A stretch of DNA of 64,000 bases from Polyangiales bacterium. GTDB lineage: Bacteria > Myxococcota_A > Polyangia > Polyangiales > Ga0077539. The notes under the pieces are model-generated. The model made no database searches. It had not been told where the DNA came from and saw nothing but the letters and a program-made list of their open reading frames with translations. Below are positions 29,798 to 37,921 of this stretch, piece after piece. Made by a program: the position numbers and the translations under genes. How positions within the stretch are numbered: position 1 is the stretch's first letter; each line of letters starts with the position of its first letter. The stretch is from the NCBI GenBank assembly GCA_044229975.1, contig JBGARZ010000009.1, forward strand, positions 155,947-219,946, written 5' to 3'.

Positions 29798-31558
29798 ATG
29801 GATTACGACCTGCTCGTCACTGGCGGAACCCTCATCGATGGCACCGGCGCCCCTGCCCGCCGCGCCGACGTCGCCGTCCGCGACGGCCTCATCGTCGCCG
29901 TCGGTGACTGCCCCGGCACCGCCGCGCGCACCATCGACGCCGCGGGCGCCATCGTCACGCCCGGCTTCGTCGACATCCACTGCCACTACGACGGCCAGGT
30001 CTCCTGGGACCCGACGCTCTCCCCTTCGGCCGCCCACGGCGTCACCACCTGCGTCATCGGCAACTGCGGCGTCGGCTTCGCCCCCGTCCACGCTCGCGAC
30101 CGCGCGCGCCTCATCGCGCTCATGGAGGGCGTCGAGGACATCCCCGGCTCCGCGCTCGCGGAGGGCATCCACTGGCAGTGGGAGTCGTTTCCCGAGTACA
30201 TGGACGCGCTCGCCGCGACGCCGCGGAGCATCGACGTGCTCACGCAGGTTCCGCACGACGCGCTGCGGGTCTATGTGATGGGCGACCGCGCCGTCGCCCA
30301 CGGCGTCGCCACCGACGACGACATCGTTCGCATGCGAACCATCGTCCGCGAAGCCCTCCTCGCCGGCGCCGCGGGCTTCACCACCGGGCGCTCGGACAAC
30401 CACCGCGCCGTCACGGGGGACGCCACGCCTGCGTCCGAGGTCGACGCCCGCGAGCTCGTCGGCATCGCCGCCGCCTTCGATGGTCTCAACCACGGCGTGG
30501 TGCAGGCCGTCAGCGACTTCGACATGGCCACCGGGCCCGATCGCTTCGACGCCGAGTTCGACCTGCTGGAGCGCATGGCCGAGGGCGCCGCGGGCCATCC
30601 GCTCTCCATCTCGCTCATGCAGCGCGACATGGAACCCGACCAGTGGCGACGCATCCTCGCCCGCGTCGAAGCGGCCGATGCGCGCGGCGTCCCGATGCGC
30701 GTGCAGGTCGCCCCGCGGGCCATCGGCGTGCTCCTCGGGCTCGAAGCGACCTTCAATCCCTTCATGGGCTTTCCTTCGTACAAGCGCATTGCCCTCCTGC
30801 CGCTCGCCGAGCGCGTCGCTGCCATGCGTGATCCGGCCTTCAAGGCGCAGCTCCTCACCGAGAAGTCCGAGCGGCTCGCGGGCGACGGCAGCCCGATTCC
30901 TCCGCTCGCCGACGTGCTGCTCGCGCGCATCGAGATGGTCGCGCTGCGTCTCTTCCGTCTCGGCGCTCGCCCCGAGTACGAGCCCTCGGTCGAGCAGTCG
31001 CTCTACGCCGAGGCGCAGGCGTCGGGCCGTCCTCCGCTCGATGTTCTGTACGACGCGCTGCTCGGCCACGATGGTCGCGAGCTGCTGTACTTCCCGCTCT
31101 ACAACTACACGGAGTTCTCGCTCGACAACGTGCGCACGATGATGGGCCACCGCCTCGCGCTCGTCGGCCTCTCCGACGGCGGCGCCCACGTCGGAACCGT
31201 CTGCGACGCCAGCTACGCCACCTTCGCGTTGACCCACTGGGCGCGCGATCGGGCGGAGGGGAAGATCCCGCTGGAGCGACTGGTTCAGCAGCTCTGCCAC
31301 GACACCGCGCGCTACATCGGGTTGCGCGATCGCGGGACGGTCGTCGTGGGGCAGCGGGCTGATCTCAACGTCATCGACCTGGAGAAGCTTGCACTGCACC
31401 GCCCGCGCATGGCGGCCGACCTGCCCGCGGGCGGCAAGCGTCTGGTGCAGGACGCGACGGGCTACCGCGCGACGACGGTGGCGGGCGAGGTGATCGTGGA
31501 GGGTGATCGGATGACCGACGCGCGGCCCGGGCGGCTGGTTCGCATGGGGCAGGCGTAA
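29798..31558 (+). CDS. N-acyl-D-amino-acid deacylase (D-aminoacylase) family amidohydrolase
   Basis: 586 aa. N-terminus reads LVTGGTLIDGTG...PGFVDIHCHYDGQ (metal-binding HxH). Collinear with the Amidohydro_3/D-aminoacylase family. Confidence 0.9.
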   Translation: MDYDLLVTGGTLIDGTGAPARRADVAVRDGLIVAVGDCPGTAARTIDAAGAIVTPGFVDIHCHYDGQVSWDPTLSPSAAHGVTTCVIGNCGVGFAPVHARDRARLIALMEGVEDIPGSALAEGIHWQWESFPEYMDALAATPRSIDVLTQVPHDALRVYVMGDRAVAHGVATDDDIVRMRTIVREALLAGAAGFTTGRSDNHRAVTGDATPASEVDARELVGIAAAFDGLNHGVVQAVSDFDMATGPDRFDAEFDLLERMAEGAAGHPLSISLMQRDMEPDQWRRILARVEAADARGVPMRVQVAPRAIGVLLGLEATFNPFMGFPSYKRIALLPLAERVAAMRDPAFKAQLLTEKSERLAGDGSPIPPLADVLLARIEMVALRLFRLGARPEYEPSVEQSLYAEAQASGRPPLDVLYDALLGHDGRELLYFPLYNYTEFSLDNVRTMMGHRLALVGLSDGGAHVGTVCDASYATFALTHWARDRAEGKIPLERLVQQLCHDTARYIGLRDRGTVVVGQRADLNVIDLEKLALHRPRMAADLPAGGKRLVQDATGYRATTVAGEVIVEGDRMTDARPGRLVRMGQA

Positions 31559-31584
31559 CGGCGCACAGTCCCCCAAAATGACGA

Positions 31585-31612
31585 AACCCCTTCCGGGGAA
31601 GGGGTTTCGCGG
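31585..31612. terminator. GC-rich perfect hairpin (about 12 bp stem), likely a bidirectional terminator
   Basis: gaaaccccttcc gg ggaaggggtttc. On the minus strand it is followed by TCATTTT. It lies between the D-aminoacylase stop and the tRNA-like fragment. Confidence 0.55.
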
Positions 31613-31656
31613 TACCGGCGGTCGGACTTGAACCAACGACCTGAGGATTATGATTC
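31609..31656 (-). other. tRNA-Met-like 3' fragment: anticodon-loop region, variable loop, T-arm and acceptor 3' strand, with no 5' half
   Basis: The minus strand reads gggaatcataatcctc AGGTC GTTGG TTCAAGT CCGAC CGCCGGT A. That is CAT in a degenerate anticodon stem, then the T-arm GTTGG-TTCAAGT-CCGAC, then a 7 nt acceptor 3' strand and discriminator A. It matches the E. coli tRNA-fMet 3' half (AAGGTCGTCGGTTCAAATCCGGC). No complementary 5' acceptor strand (ACCGGCG) or D-arm exists upstream. Confidence 0.55.
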
Positions 31657-31767
31657 CCAGGGGCGAGGTGAGCGGGGAGTGCGGTTTTCACCGTGGAAGG
31701 GTGACGGGCGGTCGAAGCGGCGGGAGGGGATTTCCCCGGATGTTCCCCGCGGGAAGAGGCGGGGGTG

Positions 31768-32719
31768 AGTTCACCCGGACTGGCAATCAGCTTCCGCGGG
31801 CAGAACGTCTTCAACCTCGCCCTCCTGGCCGCCGCGCTCGGCTGCCTCGTGTGCATCGTCGTCCCGCCCGACACGACGCCGGTCTTCCTCGCGATGATCG
31901 TGCTCGGCGCCCTGACCGGTGTCCTCATGGTGCTCCCCATCGGCGGGGGCGGAGATGCCAGTCGTCGTGTCGCTCCTGAACTCCTACGCGGGCCTGGCGG
32001 CCTGCGCTACGGGCTTCGCGATCGACAACAATATCCTCATCGTCGCTGGGGCTCTCGACGCTGCGAGCGGGCTCATCCTCTCGATCGCGATGAGCAAGGC
32101 GATGAACCGCTCGTTCTCGAACGTCCTGTTCGGCGCCTCCGGCGCGCCGCCCGCCGCGGGGAGCGCGGCGAAGGGACCCGAGGGCGAGATGACGCCCATC
32201 GAGCCCGAGGACGCCGCGCTGCACCTCGCGTTCGCCGGCCACATGATCCTCGTGCCCGGGTACGGCCTCGCCTTCTCGCAGGCGCAGCACCGGGCGCGCG
32301 AGCTCGCCGACTTCATCGAGAAGCACGGCGGGGATGTGAAGTTCGCGATCCACCCGGTCGCGGGCCGCATGCCGGGGCACATGAACGTGCTCCTGGCCGA
32401 GGCGGGCGTCCCCTACGAGAAGCTTGTCGACATGGAGGATGTGAACGCCCGGTTCGCCGAGACGGACGTGGTTGTTGTCGTGGCGCAAACGACGTCGTCA
32501 ACCCCGGCAGCGAAGACGAATCCGGCGTCTCCGATCTACGGCATGCCCATCCTCCACGTCGCCGAGGCGAAGAGTGTTCTCGTGCTCAAGTGCGGGTGCG
32601 GCGTCGCGAGCATCGAGAACGAGCTGTTCGTCGACCCCAAGACGTTGATGCTCTTCGGCGACGCGAAGCAGTCGCTTGCGCGCCTGGCCGCCGAGGTCAG
32701 CGCAGCCACGTCGGGGTGA
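31768..32719 (+). pseudogene. pntB: NAD(P) transhydrogenase subunit beta (pntB) pseudogene: 5'-truncated and carrying three indels
   Basis: ORFs 31765..32724 and 31919..32719 together encode PntB from about TM helix 7 to the C-terminus (PIGGG...MPVVVSLLNSYAGLAA...HMNVLLAEAGVPYEKL...SPIYGMPILHVAEAKSVLVLK...LFGDAKQS). A +1 frame switch occurs at a G-run near 31930. The conserved GANDVVNP is encoded out of frame between two compensating indels near 32478 and 32503. The N-terminal 200 aa or so and pntA are absent. Confidence 0.7.
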
Positions 32720-33096
32720 GGTGACGATCCGCGAGAGGCGACCTGCGGCCACCGGGATGCCGGTCGCGCCGCGGCGTCTGTGGAGTCAGCGTCCTTGGCC
32801 ACCGCGGTGGCTAAGGACATTTCTGATCCCATCACCGACGCCCGTCCCCAGCACACCGACGAGGACCATCGACGAGACCTCGCCACGGCGCCTCGCCGAC
32901 GATGGACCTCATACGTGAGAGCCGTCGCCAACCGTGACGAGGACGCTCACAATCGCTGGACCAGTTTTCGGGGTGCAGGTCAACTGTAGTACTAGAAAAA
33001 GCGAACATTGTGGATTGTACGATCGAAACCCCGCGCGTTCGCACGACTGTTTCCAGTAGCCATTGACAATCAGCGCCCTGCTCGCAGAAGTCCTGT

Positions 33097-34056
33097 GTGC
33101 GTTCGTTGCCCTTTCGCTCGCTGCGCGTGTTCGTCGCGACGCTCCCTGCGCACATCCCGCCCGAGGCCGCGCCCTTCCTCAGCGTGGACGGCAGCGTCCC
33201 CGGTGCCGCCTTCACCTGGGACCACCACATCACCGGCGAGCCAATCAACCTCGACGCCATGCCACTCGTCGTCGACGCGAGCGCGGTGCGGGGCGTCGGC
33301 ACGACCTGGGCGGACACCGACGCGCTGGCCTGCGTCGTTGCGATCATGGCAGGCGGAGCGAGCGGCCTCCCTCTCGATGCTCTCGCCGTGCTGCGAGCGG
33401 CCTCGCATCGTTGCGACCACCTCGTTCCTCTCGCCGGGGTGGATCCCGAGGTCGACCGCCGCGGGCTCGGGCTGCTCGGCTGGGTCAGCGACACGATCGC
33501 GGCGGCGACCGACGAGCGCGCGAGCGAGACCTTCGCGCGCGTCTGCGGCGCGATCGCGGACGACATCGCCGCCGGACGCGCGTTGCCCTGCGACTCGTCC
33601 AGCCGTGACGCCATGGCGATCGCGGCGGCCCGCCTCGACGCGGAGCGCCGCATCGAGCGGCGTGAGCGCCTCGCCATCGTCGATCTCCGCGGTCGCGCGC
33701 GCCTGGCGCCGGAGGCGTACTACTCCCGCGTCGAGCAGCAGGTGGTGATCACGGTCGACGATCACCCGCTCCGAGGATTCGCCTACACCGTCGGCGCCAA
33801 CCCCTTCGCGCGGACGCTTGCCACGGACCTGCGGTCCTGCCTCGCGGCGCTCGCGGAGGCCGAGTTCGCGCACGGCCCACCGGCGCTCCTCGCGCGGTCC
33901 GGACCCGGGTCCGAGAACTGGGGCGGTCGAGCGACGGTCTTCGGGTCACCCTGGAACTACGGCTCGCGCCTCGCCCCCGACGTCGTCGCGCAGATCATCG
34001 ACCGCGAGCTCGACGCCCGTGAGTCGAGGTCGGGTGTCGGGACGGGTCACGAGTAG
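33097..34056 (+). CDS. Hypothetical protein
   Basis: High third-position GC in this frame. The overlapping minus-strand ORFs are Arg-rich artefacts. No confident domain is recognised. The start may be an internal GTG. Confidence 0.45.
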   Translation: MRSLPFRSLRVFVATLPAHIPPEAAPFLSVDGSVPGAAFTWDHHITGEPINLDAMPLVVDASAVRGVGTTWADTDALACVVAIMAGGASGLPLDALAVLRAASHRCDHLVPLAGVDPEVDRRGLGLLGWVSDTIAAATDERASETFARVCGAIADDIAAGRALPCDSSSRDAMAIAAARLDAERRIERRERLAIVDLRGRARLAPEAYYSRVEQQVVITVDDHPLRGFAYTVGANPFARTLATDLRSCLAALAEAEFAHGPPALLARSGPGSENWGGRATVFGSPWNYGSRLAPDVVAQIIDRELDARESRSGVGTGHE

Positions 34057-34940
34057 CAGGGAAACCGAGAGTCGCACTTTGGACAGTGCACCGAGAGCTT
34101 CTTGCGCGTCTCGGGAACGCGGAGGCCCTGCCAGCAGCACGGGCACTGAAACGTGATCCGATCCGCGGCCGGGGTCGTCGGCTGGTCGTCATTGGACAGC
34201 GCCCTCGCGAGGCGCTCGTACCACGGACGCATGACGAACGGACGGGCACCGAGTTCGCGCCGGTACCGGGCGCGCCCCGACGAGAACACACTGGAGACGA
34301 AGCCGCGGTCGAGCAGCGACGACGAGTCGCAGCCGTAGAGGGCATCCCGACGCGCCAGGATGTATGCGAACTCGTCCAGCGAGAGGTACCCGAACCCCTG
34401 GATGCGCTCCGGGAAGACGCTCTCACCGAAGAAGTTCACGCCGCTCGGCGCGCTGTCGAGCATGGGTGTCGGGGTCGAGGCGTTGAGAATCGTCGGCCCA
34501 AAGCCGAGGTACGCCGCGGTCGTGTCGGTGAGCACCTCGTTCTCGAAGACGACCGGGAAACCCACGCCGTTGCGGTGAAGGAAGATGTGCGCGATCTCGT
34601 GGGCGAGAATGGCCGCGATGGCCTTGGGGTCGGAGCGGTGCCGGGCCTGGATCTCTACGAAGATCTCGTTGGCGGCCGAGATCTCCACCTGCCCTGCAGG
34701 CACGAGGGACGCACAAAACGTGACGACGATCGTGGCGACTCGGAGGTCGTAGTGGTCGGCGATGCGCCGGGCGAGGCGCTGCGTGCCGATGACCGGGTCG
34801 CGGGCGATCTCGCCCGCCGAAGAACCGAGCTGAAAGGTCTCGGGAAAGCTCCGCATGCGCGCGGATCCGAGCGTCTGGTAGAGCGCGTTGACGGCCTTTG
34901 CGACCAGGTCAAGGTGTTCGAAACCGCGCATCGAGTGCAT
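34047..34940 (-). CDS. HExxH zinc-metallopeptidase-like protein with a C-terminal zinc ribbon
   Basis: The ATG at 34940 lies 5 nt after GGAGG. It carries HEIAHIF (HExxH) and a C-terminal CPCCW...HCPKCD Cys4 motif. It is the internal part of ORF 34047..35171(-). Confidence 0.6.
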   Translation of the reverse strand: MHSMRGFEHLDLVAKAVNALYQTLGSARMRSFPETFQLGSSAGEIARDPVIGTQRLARRIADHYDLRVATIVVTFCASLVPAGQVEISAANEIFVEIQARHRSDPKAIAAILAHEIAHIFLHRNGVGFPVVFENEVLTDTTAAYLGFGPTILNASTPTPMLDSAPSGVNFFGESVFPERIQGFGYLSLDEFAYILARRDALYGCDSSSLLDRGFVSSVFSSGRARYRRELGARPFVMRPWYERLARALSNDDQPTTPAADRITFQCPCCWQGLRVPETRKKLSVHCPKCDSRFPCYS

Positions 34941-35062
34941 ACGACCTCCAGGTCCGAGCCACACGGTCCGCGCCGACGGTTCGGCGAGATCTCGTGGTCT
35001 CGAAGGGAAGACCGCACCCGCGGGGGCCAACCTGACGGAATGGTGGTCGAATGTGGCGCGGG

Positions 35063-36166
35063 TCAGTGCGCGAACAGCTCGATCGAGTCGTCGAAGCGCC
35101 GTCCGTCGCTGGCGACCACGCTCACCTCGAACCGCCTCGTGTTCGGTTCGCGGTCCGCCTTGACGGTCCACGTCCCGGAGACGTCTGGCTTCCTCTCCGT
35201 CACCCCGTGCAGGGAGATCTCTGCCAGGTGCTCACCCGCTATCGGTGTCGCGGAGAACTCGATGCGGTCTTTGAAGATCCGCACGAGCGCGACGACCTCG
35301 ACGTCGGGCAACAATCCGAGGCTGCGGGTCAGTTCGGGCTCGTCCTCCCGGGTTGGCTCCGAGGACGCCGCCAGGACTTGTCGAACTTCGATGCGGAGTG
35401 GGCCTTCGGTCGCTCGACCAGCGTTCCGGCGGGACCGCTTCCAGCGGTACGCCGTCAGGCTCAGCGCCTCCCCACTGAACTCCAGCATCTCCAGACCCGC
35501 GTCGAGGGTCTCGCCGAACTCCCTGCTCCGGGCCGCGAATCCCTCCACCCACGCGCGGTGATACCCGCCGGTCAGGTACTCGATTGCCGCGGTGTCGGTC
35601 GGACCCAGGTGCCCTGGCAGGTCGTCAGGGACCGGCAACCGATCGATGAGGGGAGAGGCCAGCCGCCCCGCCCCGGGGGCCGACCCGCATCGCCATATCC
35701 ATGCTTCCGTCGTCGCGAGCGCTCGGCGTCCCCCGAGCGCGTCAAGGATGCTCTCCTCGTCCGCGCTGCGCCCGATCTGCCGCTCGAGCTCTCGCAAGAG
35801 TTGGGTCAGATCGACGAACCCCGCCAGGGATTCGGGGGCCACGTCCTGCGCGTGAGCAGTCCAGGAGACCGCCAGCACCAGGCTCTCCGCTTGATCACAT
35901 GTCTTGACCCGATGGGAGAGTTTCGGTTCGTCGAAGGACCTCTCCAGTTCGCTCAAGCACGCGAGCAGCGCCCTCTCCAGTTCCGTTGCGCTGAGGACCC
36001 TGAGCCAGTTCGACCACACCGCGCTGAGCGGAACGTCGATCCGAAGCGCGTCTCCTGCGAGCGTGAGCCCGTCGATGAACGGACGGCCCGCGCTCGCTGC
36101 CGGGGACGAGTCCAGGAGCGAAGCCCTGAGTGCTCTGAAGAACGGCGTTGTAACCTGGCTCATCAC
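35063..36166 (-). CDS. Hypothetical protein (367 aa)
   Basis: Protein-like composition; the antisense ORF 35051..36358(+) is Arg-rich. Its ATG overlaps the upstream stop (ATGA at 36163-36166). Confidence 0.55.
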   Translation of the reverse strand: MMSQVTTPFFRALRASLLDSSPAASAGRPFIDGLTLAGDALRIDVPLSAVWSNWLRVLSATELERALLACLSELERSFDEPKLSHRVKTCDQAESLVLAVSWTAHAQDVAPESLAGFVDLTQLLRELERQIGRSADEESILDALGGRRALATTEAWIWRCGSAPGAGRLASPLIDRLPVPDDLPGHLGPTDTAAIEYLTGGYHRAWVEGFAARSREFGETLDAGLEMLEFSGEALSLTAYRWKRSRRNAGRATEGPLRIEVRQVLAASSEPTREDEPELTRSLGLLPDVEVVALVRIFKDRIEFSATPIAGEHLAEISLHGVTERKPDVSGTWTVKADREPNTRRFEVSVVASDGRRFDDSIELFAH

Positions 36167-37767
36167 ACATCTCCTCTGCTCTTCGGTGCGCGCTGCGCGT
36201 CAGCGTTCGTCTGCTCGACGTCCAGGCGTAGGGAGTCCAGACGGCGCTTGATCTCTTCCGCCGCCAGACGGGTCAACCCGAAATCCTGCGGCGCATCGTC
36301 GGGAGAGCGGCCGCCGCCGATCGTGTCCGCGACCCTGATCTCGAAGGCCAGCTCCTGAAACCACGCGCGGATTGACGTCTTCGAGAAGACATCCTCCAAG
36401 GTCTGTTTCTTGGGACATGGCACTCGTTGCTGGATGGCCGCGGCGGTGTAGCCCAGGAGCATCGCCCTCCCGATGGCCTCGGCCACGGCCTTGTATCGAG
36501 GCCCCGCCGTCTCCGAGCCAGCCTTGCCGACACGGAGACGATCAAGGTGCGTGAGATCGGCGGCAGCTCCCTCGCTCCACAGGCGCCGCGCCGCCAGCAT
36601 GATCTCCACCTCCGCCTGTATTGTGAGCTGCTCCGCAGTACGCTTCAGGCAATCTCGGAGCTCAGCGCTCTTCAGTCCGTAGCGAACGAGGATGGCGTCC
36701 TCCGATCGCCCCTCGGCGGACGCTCGGGCTACCGCGAGGTCGCGCGCCAGGTCTTCGACCTCGTCCCGCCATTGCCTCGCCTTCGCATGCACGGCGTCGA
36801 AGTGCTCTGACAGATCATCTCGCTCTCCTGCGAGAATGGATGTGGCGAGATCCAGCATCTCTTCGTTCAGCGTGATTCTCCCGTTGATCCTGCCGACGCT
36901 GGCGGTCACAACAGCCTTCTGCTCCTTGAAGACATGCTCGGCCTTGACGAGCAGCAGGTCGCCTCGAAGATCGTCCGGGGTCTGCCGTGCGGCACGCGCC
37001 TGGGCGTCGAGCTCACCCGGCAGCTCCAGGAGGTCGATGAGCCCCCTCGGGAGGTCCCCGACCTGGAGCAGGCGGCCGAGCTCCGACGCCCTCGCGGCCA
37101 GCGCGTCGTCCACCTTCTCCGATGGAACTTCATGACGTCGGGCGAAGTCATCGCGGAGCCCTCTGCGAAGAACCGCAAAGTCGGCCCACGTCTTCGCTCC
37201 ACCGACGGTCGTCGGCATCTTCCATCGACCGAGCTCCTCGAAGGCGCGCCAGGCCCAGACGACCGCGTTGCTCCGGCTGATGATCTTGTCGGCGTTGACT
37301 CGCGTCAGGCCAAACGCCGCCGCGAGGTCATCGCGGGACTCGCCCAGCACGTCGGCGAGCACGATCTTCACGTCTCGATGGGGGAGATCAAGCAAGGCGG
37401 CGAGTGGCAGGTCCGAGACCGATGGCGGCCGTTCATCTCCCAACGAGCGACGGGCTGTCTCTTCGTCGTCGTCTCTGTCTTCGTCGCCCTCGCGCGTCAG
37501 GTGGTGGTCGCGCTCACGGAGATCGTCTTGTCGCGTCGATAGACTCAGGAGCCTCTTCTTGGCCACCCACAGCAGCAGCGCGCGAGGATTCGGGTGAACC
37601 AGGAGCTGATTGCCGTTCGCAAGCTTGAAGCAGGCGTTTTGGAACGCGTCGTCGGCGTCGGGATTACCAGGATGTCGCCGCGCAAAGACCGCGCGGGCCT
37701 CCTGGATCACCTTGTTCAGCTCCCTGTCCCGCTGGTCCATCGCTCTTACCATCTCCGATGGGCTCAT
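36163..37767 (-). CDS. ECF-sigma-like protein (sigma-70 regions 2 and 4) with a roughly 380 aa C-terminal helical extension
   Basis: DADDAFQNACFKLANG...RALLLWVAKKRLLSLSTRQ resembles sigma region 2. LPHRDVKIVLADVLGESRDDLAAAFGLTRVNADKIISRSNAVVWAW resembles sigma region 4. A long coiled-coil/helical tail follows. The probable start is the ATG at 37767 (MSPSEMV); the ORF extends to 37896. Confidence 0.6.
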   Translation of the reverse strand: MSPSEMVRAMDQRDRELNKVIQEARAVFARRHPGNPDADDAFQNACFKLANGNQLLVHPNPRALLLWVAKKRLLSLSTRQDDLRERDHHLTREGDEDRDDDEETARRSLGDERPPSVSDLPLAALLDLPHRDVKIVLADVLGESRDDLAAAFGLTRVNADKIISRSNAVVWAWRAFEELGRWKMPTTVGGAKTWADFAVLRRGLRDDFARRHEVPSEKVDDALAARASELGRLLQVGDLPRGLIDLLELPGELDAQARAARQTPDDLRGDLLLVKAEHVFKEQKAVVTASVGRINGRITLNEEMLDLATSILAGERDDLSEHFDAVHAKARQWRDEVEDLARDLAVARASAEGRSEDAILVRYGLKSAELRDCLKRTAEQLTIQAEVEIMLAARRLWSEGAAADLTHLDRLRVGKAGSETAGPRYKAVAEAIGRAMLLGYTAAAIQQRVPCPKKQTLEDVFSKTSIRAWFQELAFEIRVADTIGGGRSPDDAPQDFGLTRLAAEEIKRRLDSLRLDVEQTNADAQRAPKSRGDV

Positions 37768-37921
37768 CCGACGAACCCGCGCCGACGCTCTCAGCTTCTC
37801 TGACACGGCACAAGGGCCGCCTCTCACCGCTAGACGCCGCGCGTCGGGGGCAATCTGACAGGCCGCCCGATTCGCCTTCGACGCTGCGTCGCCCACGTCA
37901 GATCAGCACCTCGAAGTTCGG

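Noticed and set aside
29279-31636. 785 aa ORF on the minus strand
   Set aside because: It is antisense to the D-aminoacylase gene, which has a clear amidohydrolase signature on the plus strand. It is a GC-frame artefact.
31609-31700. A complete tRNA gene
   Set aside because: The T-arm, acceptor 3' strand and a CAT loop are present, but no D-arm or complementary 5' acceptor strand can be found. I therefore reported it as a truncated tRNA fragment rather than a functional tRNA.
31928-31940. Programmed +1 ribosomal frameshift or phase-variable switch at the pntB G-run
   Set aside because: It is considered, but it is less likely than simple pseudogene decay. The same gene is also 5'-truncated and carries two further indels that destroy a catalytic motif.
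35051-36358. 435 aa ORF on the plus strand
   Set aside because: It is antisense to the 367 aa minus-strand gene. The plus-strand product is extremely Arg-rich (R, P, G and E dominate) whereas the minus-strand product has balanced composition and ATGA coupling to its upstream gene.
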